This document shows, piece by piece, positions 25,480-40,763 of a stretch of DNA of 64,000 bases. Both the position numbers and the translations under genes were made by a program. The notes under the pieces are model-generated. The model worked only from the letters and a program-made list of their open reading frames with translations, had not been told where the DNA came from and did no database searches. The DNA comes from Macrostomum lignano (taxonomy: Eukaryota). Numbering within the stretch: position 1 is the first letter of the stretch; every line of letters begins with the position of its first letter. The stretch spans positions 53,172 through 117,171 of the forward strand of contig NIVC01003727.1 of the NCBI GenBank assembly GCA_002269645.1, given 5' to 3'.

Positions 25480-26141
25480 AGCTACAGATGGGGCGACAGC
25501 TACAGATGGGGTGACAGCTACAGAGGAGGTGACAGCTACAGAGGGGGAGACAGCTACAGAGGGGGCGACAGCTACAGATGAGGTGACAGCTACAGATGGG
25601 GTGAAAACTACAGATGGGGTGAAAACTACAGAGGGGGTGACAGCTACAGATGGAGTGACAGCTACAGATGGGGTTACAGCTACAGATGGTGTGTGACAGC
25701 TACAGATGGAGTGACAGCTACAGATGGGGTGACAGCTACAGAAGGAGCGACAGCTACAGATGGGGTGACAGCTACAGATGGGGTGACAGCTACAGATGGT
25801 GTGTGACAGCTACAGATGGAGTGACAGCTATAGATGGTGTGTAACAGCTACAGATGGGGTGACAGCTACAGATGGGGTGACAGCTACAGAGGGGGTGACA
25901 GCTACAGAGGGGGAGACAGCTACAGAGGGGGTGACAGCTACAGAGGGGGAGACAGCTACAGAGGGGGTGACAGCTACAGAGGGGGAGACAGCTACAGAGG
26001 GGGCGACAGCTACAGATGAGGTGACAGCTACAGATGGGGTGAAAACTACAGATGGGGTGACAGCTACAGAAGGAGCGACAGCTACAGAGGAGGTGACAGC
26101 TACAGAGGGGGTGACAGCTACAGAGGGGGCGACAGCTACAT
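25480..26141. repeat. 18-bp minisatellite (GACAGCTACAGATGGGGT)
   Basis: Tandem array; source of the TATDGV and VAVTPS ORFs. Confidence 0.95.
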
Positions 26142-27417
26142 AAAGCCTCATTCGAAGGTACTATGAATGTCCTGGTGTAGCAAAAAAACAAAAAAGCAGT
26201 CAAGTCTCGACATTTCTTTATATAAAACAAAAGCCAATGAAGGATTGATCGATTTTATTTAGCAGCGGGACAAGATATGGAATATGGATATGGAATATAT
26301 AGATTTATACAAATAAAATTGTAATTTTAATTTTAAACTACAACGCGTCGGGGTTGTGTCGCGGTCCCGGGTTTGAATCCCGTGGCGACAGTCGATCCGC
26401 AGCCAGTGAGTATCTCTTCTCACTGGCTCCACACACGCTCACGCAGGGTGTACAGCATGTACACTTCCTGTGCCTTTGCGGGCTGGCCCTCAAAGGCGGG
26501 AATCGCGGGGAGTTCTAATTCCCGGGCAACATCAATAAATATTTCAACGAAACAAAGAACACAGATTATAAAGAAACAAAATCAATTGATTTGAGTGAAA
26601 ATGGAGACATTAAAAAGCTACTGACATATCTCCAGTTATTTTAAATACTAAGTAAGTGGCATAAAAAGCAACATTAAGTGAGGAAAAAATAGCACACGAA
26701 TTTGATCAGCCAAGGTAATCAGCAAGAACAGTGTAAATTCAAGACAGGTTTAGTGTTATAAATAGAGATACGGTACACAGGGGTGACCTAACCAATTCTG
26801 GAATATAGAAGAGGTTTCATTCCGCATGTACAGGTGATGTACACGTCTCAATACATACGGAATAATTCCCATGTCGAAAGGAGCAAGCGAGGCCATGGCA
26901 ACTGCATAAATGTAATAATTTATATTATTGTGATCTATTATTGTCTAACAGAAAGTCAATTAAGATTACAATGTCCGTTTTCGCCTACTGCGAGTAGAGA
27001 ACATTGAGAATATTGATTAAATTTTGAATCCTAATTTGGTAGATCATAAAAATCTAATTTAAAAAGAACAAAATATAATTTCTAGATAAAGCGATTTTGA
27101 TAACAATACTGGGTACGAGCTCTCATTTCTGAGAGATAAGAGCTAAGAACAGACTGTACATAGGATCTGGATTCGCTATAAAACTTTAACAAATAAAACT
27201 GCTTTTCACGGAAGTCTGCAGACCGGTGATATAGTATAAATACACAATATCAGTAATTAGTAAATTTAGCACTCCAGTAGCGCTGCCGCATATTAAACCG
27301 GGTGTTCGGGGCTTGAAAGAGAGACGTGGAAATTCGTTTGGCAAACACGCTGCCATCAATTCATAAATCATAATTCATTAACAATTATCAGGTCACACTA
27401 GCGACACACAACAATAG

Positions 27418-27950
27418 AGATACCGGTTATACCTGTTACTACAATCCCACAAGAGATCCCGGTTATACCTGTTCCTACAATCCCACAAGAGATCCCGGTT
27501 ATACCTGTTCCTACAATCCCCGTAAAAGATCCCGGTTATACCTGTTCCTACAATCCCACAAGAGATCCCGGTTATACCTGTTCCTACAATCCTAGAAGAG
27601 ATACCTGGTCCTACAGTCCCAAAAAGATACCTGTTCCTACAATCCTAGAAGAGATACCTGCTCCTACAATCCCAAAAAGATACCTGTTCCTACAATCCTA
27701 GAAGAGATACCTGTTCCTACAATCCCAGAAGAGATACCTGTTCTTACAATCCCATAAAAAGATACCTGTTCCTACAATCCCAGAAGAGATACCTGTTCCT
27801 ACAATCCCAGAAGAGATACCTGTTCCTACAATCCCATAAAAAGATACCTGTTCCTACAATCCCAGAAGAGATACCTGTTCCTACAATCCCATAAAAAGAT
27901 ACCTGCTCCTACAATACCCTAAGAGATACCGGTTATACCTGTTCCAGCAA
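27418..27950. repeat. 27-36-bp minisatellite (GATACCTGTTCCTACAATCCCAGAAGA)
   Basis: Tandem array just downstream of the RhoGAP stop. Confidence 0.93.
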
Positions 27951-27995
27951 TCCAAAATCAGAATAAATGGCATATTTAAACTAGAGTTAAACAAA

Positions 27996-30900
27996 TCAGT
28001 CAGTAAACAGAAACTCGGTCTCCAGCAGGATGTACTCAACCACCTGATTTTGGAACATCAGGTTGGAGGTCAGGCAGAGGCCGCCATCCGCATCGCCACT
28101 GGCCGGCCAGACCAGATTCGGGCCCATCATCAGGGCGACATTCTGGGAGCTCATCTGGTTGCGCTCGCTGCACTGCACAACCCGGGTGAGATGGTGGAAC
28201 AGCAGGCGCAGGGTGTTGTAGTGCGCCGGTGGCAGCGTGCGCAGCACCTGCCGGATTGACTCGCGTTTGGCGCTGGGCTTGGCGCTGGACTGGTAGTGCT
28301 CGGTGATCAGCTGCGGGTGGACAGGTGTCTACTCCGATGGACAGGTGTCTACTCCGATGGACAGGTGTCTACTCCCGATGGACAGGTGTCTATTTCCGAT
28401 GGACAGGTGTCTATTCCCGATGGACAAGTGTCTATTCCCGATGGACAGGTGTCTATTCCCGATGGACAGGTGTCTATTCCCGATGGACAGGTGTCTATTC
28501 CCGATGGACAAGTGTCTATTCGCGATGGACAAGTGTCTTAATGGTGCACAGTGAACAGGTGTGTTTTCACAGTGAGCAGGTGTGTTTTCACAGTGAGCAG
28601 GTGTGTTTTCCACAGTGAACAGGTGTGTTTTCACAGTGAGCAGGTGTGTTTTAACAGTGAACAGGTGTGTTTTCCACAGTGAACAGGTGTGTTTTCACAG
28701 TGAGCAGGTGTGTTTTCACAGTGAACAGGTGTGTTTTCCACAGTGAACAGGTGTGTTTTCACAGTGAGCAGGTGTGTTTTCCACAGTGAGCAGGTGTGTT
28801 TTCACAGTGAGCAGGTGTGTTTTCCACAGTGAACAGGTGTGTTTTCCACAGTGAACAGGTGTGTTTTCACAGTGAGCAGGTGTGTTTTCCACAGTGAGCA
28901 GGTGTGTTTTCACAGTGAGCAGGTGTGTTTTCACAGTGAGCAGGTGTGTTTTCACAGTGAACAGGTGTGTTTTCCACAGTGAACAGGTGTGTTTTCCACA
29001 GTGAACAGGTGCCTTTATAAGGATGGGCGTGTCTATTCAGGGTGGACAGGTGTCTATGGTGGAATGTGTTTGCTCAGTAAAATTAGCTGTCTAAATAAAC
29101 TGTAGACAGGTGTGACAGTGGACATGTTTGTTGACCTCAGAAAACCTTAGCCTTGTAACAACGAACCTGAAAAGTCGCTGACGGAATCAGTGGCTCTCTC
29201 AGCTCTCTTAGAAAAGTTTTCAACGCCGAGGTGAGCACGAAGATGTCCCAGCCGGTGGTCAGGTCGTAGTCCTCAGTCTGGTCAACCAGCAGCCGCAGCT
29301 TCTGCACGGTGGCCGCGTTGCCGCCCAGCCGGTAGATGCCCTCAGTCTCCAGGCCGTGGCCCTCGATAGCTTCAATGCAGCGGCTTAGAAAGCGAGGCGC
29401 GTCCGAGCGCTCGTGCGCGCAGATCTGGCGCAGGGTGGAGCCGAACACGGGCTCGTTCCGCACGATGCCTTTCTTCTCCAGCTCGTCCAGCGCCGGCCTA
29501 CGCCTGAAAAAATCGTTCAGCCTCTGGGCTATGGACACTCGCTGCTTGCTCTCGCGGGGCTTCGGCTGCGGCGGAGTCTGCGACTGCTGCTGCTGCTGCT
29601 GCTTGCCCCAGCCAGAGTGCGATGAGGCCGACTGCTGCGGAGTCTGCTGCTGCTGCGAGCTAGGCTGGTACATGCGCTTAGTTGCCAAGTCCTTGGCGTA
29701 CCTGTGTATGCGGAATTGAAACACACTCGTGAGTGCTGTGTGCTGCCTTACAGAATTGGATCTCCAACTACACTACAGGATCTACCCTAACCTACAGGAT
29801 CTACCTATCCTACAGGATCTACCTATCCTACAGGATCTACCCTATCCTACAGGATCTACCCTACACTACAGGATCTACCCTACACTACAGGATCTACCCT
29901 ACACTACAGGATCTACCCTACACTACAGGATCTACCCTACACTACAGGATCTACCCTACACTACAGGATCTACCCTACACTACAGGATCTACACTACACT
30001 ACAGGATCTACCCTACACTACAGGATCTACCCTACACTACAGGATCTACCCTACACCACAGGATCTACCCTACACTACAGGATCTACCCTACACTACAGG
30101 ATCTACCCTACACTACAGGATCTACCCTACACTACAGGATCTACCCTACACTACAGGATCTACCCTACACTACAGGATCTACCCTACACTACAGGATCTA
30201 CCCTACACTACAGGATCTACCCTACACTACAGGATCTACCCTACCCTACAGGATCTACCCTACCCAACAGGATCTACCCTACCCTACAGGATCTACCCTA
30301 CCCTACAGGATCTACCCTACACTACAGGATCTACCCTACACTACAGGATCTACCCTACACTACAGGATCTACCCTACCCTACAGGATCTACCCTACACTA
30401 CAGGATCTACCCTACACTACAGGATCTACCCTACACTACAGGATCTACCCTACCCTACAGGATCTACCCTACACTACAGGATCTACCCTACACTACAGAA
30501 TCTACCCTAGTCTACCCTGCCATACACGAACTACCGTAATCTAGAGAATCCATTCTACGATTTCATTTCAATCTCCAGAAACGTCAAGAGCTACTCACTC
30601 CAGCGCCAAGCTCCACTGCTTGCGGGCCCCTGGTTCATCCCAGTAGAGCAGCATGTCGCAGTCGGCGCTAGGATACAGATCCGCCTGCCGCCCAAGCGAC
30701 GAAGAGTCGTAGCCGGCACTGTCGCCACCGACGCCGCCACCGCCAGCGACGTAGCGAAGCCTTAGCGGTCCCGTCGAAGGATCGTCCGATGGAAGCGGCG
30801 GAGGCGCTGGCGGGCCGCCAGACGGGTCCACCTCGACGGCGGCCACGGCCAGGGCCAGTTCCGGCCGCTTGTCCGAGCGGGACCGGTAGAACAGCAGGTC

Positions 30901-33900
30901 CGGGCCAGTCAGCACCAGGTGGTAGGCCTGCCGCTTGCCGCTGGGTGACTTGGCCGAGGACTTCTTAGACTCCTATGGGATGGCGGAAAGAGAGTTCAGA
31001 TTGAGGGGTTCAGGAAGGAGGGAAAAGGATGGGATCAGGAGGGACGGGAATGGGGAAGGAGGGAATAGGATGGGATCAGGAGGGACGGGAATGGGGATGG
31101 AGGGAATAGGATGGGATCAGGAGGGACGGGAATGGGGAAGGAGGGAATAGGATGGGATCAGGAGGGACGGGAATGGGGATGGAGGGAATAGGATGGGATC
31201 AGGAGGGACGGGAATGGGGAAGGAGGGAATAGGATGGGATCAGGAGGGACGGGAATGGGGAAGGAGGGAATAGGATGGGATCAGGAGGGACGGGAATAGG
31301 GGAAGGAGGGAATAAGATGGGATCAGGAGGAACAGGGAATAGGGAAGGAGGGAATAAGATCATATTAAGATGGGATCAGGAGGAACAGGGAATAGGGAAG
31401 GAGGTAATAAGATCATATTAAGATGGGATCAGGAGGAATAGGGGAATGGAGAAGGAGACAATACGATGGGATCAGGAGGGACAGTGGGATAGGGAATAAG
31501 CTGGGATCAATATGAGAACAAAATGGGATTTAAGAGCGACATCTATTAGGATCAGACAGGGAAAGAGTCTCGAATAAGAAGGCATTGCTAGGAGCTTTAA
31601 GAAGGAAATCGCATTCAAGCAATACCATTAGAAAATGGAAACACAGCGGCCCTCACCTTGCACCAGCCCCTGCCGTCGGCAGCCGAAGGGCCTTCACGGG
31701 GCTCTCCTTGCGCGTCTCCTGCAGCCGGCCACCCACCGGCAGGGAGATCTCCAGCTTGGGCCGCTGTGGCTGCTGCGACTCCGGCGTCTGCGCTGGAGCA
31801 GCCGGCTCCGCCGACCTCTCCAACTCGGCGATGACCGCGGCCGATTTAGCCGACGAAGAAGGCTGCTGAGATAGCAGAGCCTGAGACTGCTGGCCCTGCG
31901 CCAGGAAGCCCATGTTCATTGAGGGCTCGCCGAATAGGAATTTCCTGGGCTCGCCGGACCCGCCCTCCTCAACCCGCCAGCCGGGCAGGCCGGGCGGCAG
32001 CGTCGCTGATGAGGTGGCCGGAATCTGAGGAGAAGCGGTGTAAAAGTACAATAGGTACTTCTCTCGGATTTACAGTACAAGAAGTACTTTTATGACATTT
32101 AAAAGTGCACGAAGTACTCTTTTAATGAGCTAACTACAAGATCATTTTTCGAGGAAAAATGCGCACCAAACTACTTATAATAGCACTGTTTGATTGTAAT
32201 GAAACCAATTTAAATACGACGTTAATTTCATTAAGAAAAATCGGCACTTCAGTTAACATGCGACAACATTAAATGCTAGCGCAGCTATATACGATTTCAC
32301 ATGACCAACAGACTGCTAATGGCATTTAAGATCGTAAAATAACAGAAACATTGCTACTACGCAGCTGCCAGCTCCCAGGCCTGGCACTGGGCAGAGTCAA
32401 CCAGTCACCAAAAGCCTTTATAAACGAATTACTAGAATTGGCTACATGCGGAATATACACTTTGAATATTATTAATAGTTCCCTGAATAAACTGCAACTG
32501 TGCGCATGCAAGCCAGCGACAGGTAGGCGGTAAGGTGAATTATGAAGGCTAGCAACACCAATACACACACGGATATCAACCACTCAGCGCACCTAAATCA
32601 CTGTAAATCTTTCTACAACCCTAATACTGAAAACATAATTAAAGTAAACAGAGAACTCTGTAAACCTAATTAAAGTACACAGAGAACTCTGTAAACCTAA
32701 TTAAAGTACACAGAGAACTCTGTAAACCTAATTAAAGTACACAGAGAACTCTGTAAACCTAATTAAAGTACACAGAGAACTCTGTAAGCCTAATTAAAGT
32801 ACACAAGAGAACTCTGTAAACCTGATTAAAGTACACAGAGAACTCTGTAACCCTGATTTAAGTACACAGATGACATTTTAACCTTAATTAAAGTACACGG
32901 GAAACTCTGAGTCTCTGCAACTCAGTTTAAAGTGCTTGGGGAACTCTTTAGTTCTGAAAAGTACACTAGAAACTGCTTTCACACTAAGACATTTCTAATC
33001 ATGCAGTGTGGATGATTTTTTCTAGCACAACAAAAACAAATTTATGATAAATTGAAATACATTCGGCAATCCAGGTACCAGTGCTGACATTAGCGATTGT
33101 GCAAGGTGCTAAAAAATTAATAAACAATAAATTTACCGCGCATCTCAAAGTCGGTCGCCAGTTAAGATCAGACTTTACCAACTGAGGCTTTCTATTATTG
33201 GTCTGCAAAGTGGGAGATAATTTAATGCAGATTGGGGATTGTTGAAAAATTTGGGAAGAGAACCGATGAAAGATGAGGAAACTGATGAGGAAATTGGGAA
33301 GAGACACCTGATGGAACTGGTGAGGGATCTGGGAATTCGGGAAGAGACACCTGATGGAACTGGTGAGGGAACTGGGAATTTGGGGAGACACCTGATGGAA
33401 CTGGTGAGGGGTCTGGGAGGGATCTGGGAATTCGGGGAGACACCTAATGGAACTGGTGAGGGATCTGGGAGATCGAGGAGACACCTGATGGAACTGGTGA
33501 GGGATCTGGGAATTCGGGGAGACACCTGATGGAACTGGTGAGGGATCTGGGAAATCGGGGAGACACCTGATGGATCTGGTGAGGGATCTGGGAATTCGGG
33601 GAGACACCTGATGGAACTGGTGAGGGATCTGGGAAATCGGGGAGACACCTGATGGATCTGGTGAGGGATCTGGGAATTCGGGGAGACACCTGATGGAACT
33701 GGTGAGGGATCTGGGAATTCGGGAAGAGACACCTGGTGGAACTGATGAGGGGTCTGGGAATTCGGGAAGAGACACCTGGTGGAACTGGTGAGGGATCTGG
33801 GAATTCGGGAACAGACACCTGATGGAGCTGGTGAGGGATCTGTGAGGGATCTGGGAATTAGGGAACAGACACCTGATGGAACTGGTGAGGGGTCTGGGAG

Positions 33901-35506
33901 GGATCTTGGAATTCGGGAACAGACACCTGATGGAACTGGTGAGGGGTCTGGGAATTCGGGAAGAGACACCTGATGGAACTGGTGAGGGATCTGGGAATTC
34001 GGGAAGAGACACCTGGTGGAACTGATGAGGGGTCTGGGAATTCGGGAAGAGACACCTGATGGAACTGGTGAGGGATCTGGGAATTCGGGAAGAGACACCT
34101 GGTGGAACTGATGAGGGGTCTGGGAATTCGGGAAGAGACACCTGGTGGAACTGGTGAGGGATCTGGTAAATCGGGAAGACACCTGGTGGATCTGGTGAGG
34201 GATCTGGGAATTCGGGAAGAGACACCTGGTGGAACTGGTGAGGGATCTGGGAATTCGGGAAGAGACACCTGATGGAACTGGTGAGGGAACTGGGAATTTG
34301 GGGAGACACCTGATGGAACTGGTGAGGGGTCTGGGAGGGATCTGGGAATTCGGGGAGACACCTAATGGAACTGGTGAGGGATCTGGGAGATCGAGGAGAC
34401 ACCTGATGGAACTGGTGAGGGATCTGGGAATTCGGGGAGACACCTGATGGAACTGGTGAGGGATCTGGGAAATCGGGGAGAGACACCTGATGGAACTGGT
34501 GAGGGAACTGGGAATTCGGGGAGACACCTGATGGAACTGGTGAGGGGTCTGGGAGGGATCTGGGAATTCGGGGAGACACCTGGTGGAACTGGTGAGGGAT
34601 CTGGGAATTCGGGAAGAGACACCTGATGGAACTGGTGAGGGGTCTGGGAATTCGGGAAGAGACACCTGATGGAACTGGTGAGGGATCTGGGAATTCGGGG
34701 AGACACCTGGTGGATCTAATGAGGGATCTGGGAACTCGGGAAGAGACACCTGGTGGATCTAATGAGGGATCTGGGAACTCGGGAAGAGACACCTGGTGGA
34801 TCTAATGAGGGATCTGGGAACTCGGGAAGAGACACCTGGTGGATCTAATGAGGGATCTGGGAACTCGGGAAGAGACACCTGGTGGATCTAATGAGGGATC
34901 TGGGAATTCGGGAAGAGACACCTGGTGGATCTAATGAGGGATCTGAGAATTCGGGAAGAGACACCTGGTGGATCTGATGAGGGATCTGGGAATTCAGTAA
35001 AAAATTTGAAGCACTTTGACTGAAGCAAAGAATAAAAAGATACTAAAAATGCTTTCCAAAACGCAATGCCATTCTAAACAATAGTGAGTATAACATAGAA
35101 GCAGTAATTATCTTAATAATTAGACCCTAAGCTTAGCCTTTCTCACCTCAGGCCCGCGTTGAGTTTTAATGGAATTCTCCAACTGCCGCAGGAAGCCGCT
35201 GTCCATTGAGGAGCCGCCCGCCACAGTGTGGTGCAGACTGGTATGCTTTGAGCCCTGCTGCTGCTTGGCGCCCTCCGATTGCTGCTTCCGCGGCGCCGGC
35301 CGAGGCTTAGCCGGCGTTTGCGATCCACCGGCGTCGGGCGATTCGCCGCCTTGTCCGGCTTCGTCCAGCTCGATGATGGCGGACGCTCCGCCGGCCCGAG
35401 TCTCCAGCAGCTGAGTCATCCGGCTGACTGCCGAGCCGCCGCCGGCAGCTGCCTGAGGCCGGGTGCGGGGAGTCGGCGCCGACTTCTCAGTTGTTGGCGT
35501 TGACAT
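27996..35506 (-). CDS. ARHGAP9/12/15/27-like PH-RhoGAP (exons 35506-35147, 32024-about 31657, 30972-30599, 29701-29167, 28310-27996)
   Basis: RRPALDELEKKGIV..EPVFGSTL, GLETEGIYRLGGN, LTSALKTFLRELREPL and N.MSSQNVALMMGPNL are RhoGAP motifs. PH-like YHLVLTGPDLLFY. Three junctions match in phase; exon 2 to exon 3 has a phase conflict. Further upstream exons are possible. Confidence 0.85.
28318..29010. repeat. Two adjacent intronic minisatellites: 21-bp (GATGGACAGGTGTCTATTCCC) and 20/21-bp (CACAGTGAGCAGGTGTGTTTT)
   Basis: Tandem arrays sharing a CAGGTGT core. Confidence 0.93.
29760..30510. repeat. 19-bp minisatellite (CTACACTACAGGATCTACC), intronic
   Basis: About 39 copies. Confidence 0.96.
31020..31480. 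repeat. About 41-bp purine-rich minisatellite (GATGGGATCAGGAGGGACGGGAATGGGGAAGGAGGGAATAG), intronic
   Basis: Tandem copies that decay toward the 3-prime end. Confidence 0.9.
32635..32900. repeat. 31-bp minisatellite (AATTAAAGTACACAGAGAACTCTGTAAACCT), intronic
   Basis: About 8 copies. Confidence 0.92.
33290..34995. repeat. 41-43-bp minisatellite (GAGACACCTGATGGAACTGGTGAGGGATCTGGGAATTCGGG) with higher-order structure, intronic
   Basis: 1.7-kb array; the variant block 33300-33560 recurs at 34263-34530. Confidence 0.95.
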
Positions 35507-37939
35507 GGCCGCGAAGTGTAGCTCGCTGAACTCTGTGATAGTCAGTCACTCAGTCGGGGCCGGCATGTGTTCAATGGGGAAGACATGAAGTATTGACAGA
35601 TGTCTCATGCACTACTCTTAGCAACAGTTTTGTAAGTAGTACAAAATTAACTTTTGTTACCTTTGCACATCCCATATTAGTAAAAATTTCCAAATTAAGT
35701 CATGATATTTTTTCATTTTTCTGCAAATTTCTATGACAAAATAAGAGAAATTCCTAGAACACCATTATTGTCTATAAATATACACCAGGCAAACTCAGCT
35801 AATAAACAACTTTTTCTGATTTCTTGGCATTCAATAGCAAAGCTAATATGAATTACCACTTTCAAGCCTTAGTTATTTTGCCTACAGAGAAACTGTATTA
35901 GAGAATTTATTTTTTTGCAGGCTTAAAACAAAAAAATTATGAGTAATAAACAAATATTAAAATAAATATTTACTAAACAATGTCTACAAAAATCTATTGT
36001 TGCATAGTTTCACTTCTCTTATATATTTCACTGAAAGCAAGGGTAGGCAAACTCTGGCCAATAGGCAACATGCAGCCTATATACAAAGCCTATTTATCTG
36101 GCCCTTGGGTCCTTTAAAACTTTACAACTTTACAATCTAATCCACTCAAATTTTGTTTGCTTTCTAATATCCTCTCTAATCTATTTTCTTTTTTCTCTCT
36201 TTTTTTCTCTTCTTGTCTCCTTTCTTTTCTTATTTCCTTACCTTGTCTTTCTCCTAGCTATTTCCTTTCTTTACTACCTCTCCTTTCCACGTCCTTTGCA
36301 TGGCTTATAGTCATGCATCAGGTCTGCTATCTGGCCCAAGAGGCAAAAACATTTGCCAACATGTGGCCTAAAGTAATAAAATTTAGCAAATCTAATACAA
36401 AAATTAAAAAGACAAAAGAGTAAGAATGAGAAATGCTTTTAGGAGTCAATGTTAACACTAAAGATGAATAGTCAAATAATAATAAAAAGGCATCTGTGAA
36501 GATATCTTAGTCAATAAAGAATACCAATTGGCAAAGAAAATCTGGGCAATTAGATATACAGAAATTTAGGCCACCTTTGGCATTTGGGCCTGGCCTGAAT
36601 TTGGGCCTCATTCTTATCATTAGGCATATCATGATTAAAGTTGGCAATTATATTTTATTATATCTATAACCAACTATATTCTAACTACAATGGTTCTGAT
36701 AGACATAGAAAGAACAAAAGAAAGATAGAAAGACTCAACTGTCAAGACCCTAGCAAAAATTGAGATTATTGCTTATGTTTGTGTTTATCTAGGCCTAATT
36801 GAGGAAGACATCAATATCATAAGGTTCTAGTCCATGACTTGTAGCTCAAGCATGTTTTAGCTAGGTGGCCATGAGTATCTTACTTGCTCATAGAAGAAAA
36901 CTGCAAGGACTGCATATGCTATGCTTAGGAGTAGGACTAGGACTTCTTTTGCATAATACAAAGTGAGTTAGGCTTTCTAAAGGGAATAATCACTGCTGAT
37001 ATTTAGTGATAAAATATGGCTTTACTATGTAAATATAGAAACCAAGAACCAATCCAAGCAGTGTGTGCCAATGGTTGTTAATGCCCGAACAAAAAAAGTG
37101 TTCAGGTGTTTGTTTAAAATATATAGGGCCCAGCACCTATCCTATATTTTGCTAGATATCCTTTGTATACACTTTTAGAAATAGAGACTTTTACTAAACT
37201 ATAAAGCATTCATTTTTATAGAAAGTTTTTTATTTACTTTACTTTCATTTTCTTTGTAAATTGCATACTGTTTTCATTTTGAGTTTCTATTGATTGTTAA
37301 AATAGCTTTCTTTGATCAAAATTTAGTTACAGTTGGAATTAAGACATAAAGATCGAGATCTTTTAGACTAGGCCTATCTAGTCATAATGAGTGGATCTGG
37401 AACAGGCTAGGCCTAGGCCTAATAATGTAGTACTGTTGTTGAATGTTGGACGCATGATACAGCAAACAATACAGCTAACATATTTAGTAATTAGTAGAGT
37501 TATTAAAATCACATTAATAATGATAATTTTTCCATACAAAAAAACTGAACTTAAACAATGATGCACAAGCCGTACAAAAATAAAAACAACATTTCAACTA
37601 AAATAAAAAATTTACAGACAAATACTTCATTTCAAAAATACGAGTACCTATAATCAAAAAATACTTTGATAAAACTCGTAGTTCTTAAACTTTTATGTCT
37701 TTAAAATCGCAAGGCGAACAAGTGTGCCGGTGTTTGTATGTACTAAGTTCTCAACCATGCAAATTTAGACAAAACAAACAAGAGACGTGAAACAAGAGCG
37801 CCGGTACTAAGGACTACTAATATAATAATGGTAATAAACGATGCTGACCTTGCGACCTTGCGACGACATCATCGAGCGACCTCCATGACTACTATATTGT
37901 ACGCTATACATGTATGTATGTACATTAAATTGCTAAAGC

Positions 37940-38220
37940 CAATAATAAATAATAACTACTGATTACACCTGCCCCAATGGGCAGACATGCAATCGACAGC
38001 TATTGCTGGTGGTGCCAATTTTACAGATCATGGGTGAACCAAGGACAACAAAAACACTCAAACCGATTTTTAGTGCGGTTTTAGTTGACCCTGGGTGAAC
38101 TGCAAAAGAAATGTAGAGTTTGTCTTGCTCACCGCAACTGTTCCGAGTGGGTCGAGAATCGATAGAACCCAACCGGTCAGACCTTCCTAATCGTGAGTCC
38201 GATGCTCTAACAATGCACTA
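37940..38220 (-). mobile_element. Diverged copy of the tRNA-derived CORE-type SINE
   Basis: Minus strand GTTAGAGCATCGGACTCACGA...GAGCAAGACA...CTGTAAAATTGGCACCA...CTGCCCATTGGGGCAGGTGTAATCA...TTATT matches the head, core and tail of 42098-42419. Confidence 0.75.
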
Positions 38221-38968
38221 TACATGTACATGTACATTTTTCTATAGGCAGCAACCTCCATGCAACTGCAACATCCACATGTACATAAAGCCAACAAAAC
38301 ATGTATATTATAAACACGAACTTGCATCAAACTACCTTTGTGTTTACCATTCTTCTGATGTAAAATTTGGAACCCGATAGAAAACTGTTATTATGGCGCC
38401 CAGATTTCAGGAAAAAAGTCGCACAATTACAGAACTGAATCACAAAATTTGTCTTTAATATCGAGCACAGGCGAAATTAATCTTTGCTGGTCATAATATC
38501 CAGAGTGCATCGATGAAAATTTATTTAATCAAGCAGTTATTCACGCCAGTCAAGATGCGCAACCACAAAAGTAACGAGTATTAATAATAATAACAGAAGC
38601 AATTATTGAGAAAGCTACACAGCCCGAAGGCCAATTGCAAGTCGGCTGAGTAAACAGTTTAAAACACCGTTGAAAACAAAAGCGCGCATTCTGTGCTGCC
38701 TACGCTAATAAGCAAATTTAAGCGACGCAACACCTGGTTTGATAGTTAAATAGGAAATATTGAATATTGAATGACACTGTCTGACAGGACCGCAAGATGT
38801 GAATAATGGTTTTGTTTTCAAGGTTTGTTTGTTTTGTTTTGACTAAAATACCAACTAAACATTAATAATTATCAAAGCGCACTTGAACGCGTAAAAAAAA
38901 CTATTTTATGATTTATTGAGTGTCACGATTGAGGCTCCGAATTCGAGCTGAAGAGATCAACCTGAAGC

Positions 38969-40763
<1,795 letters not shown>

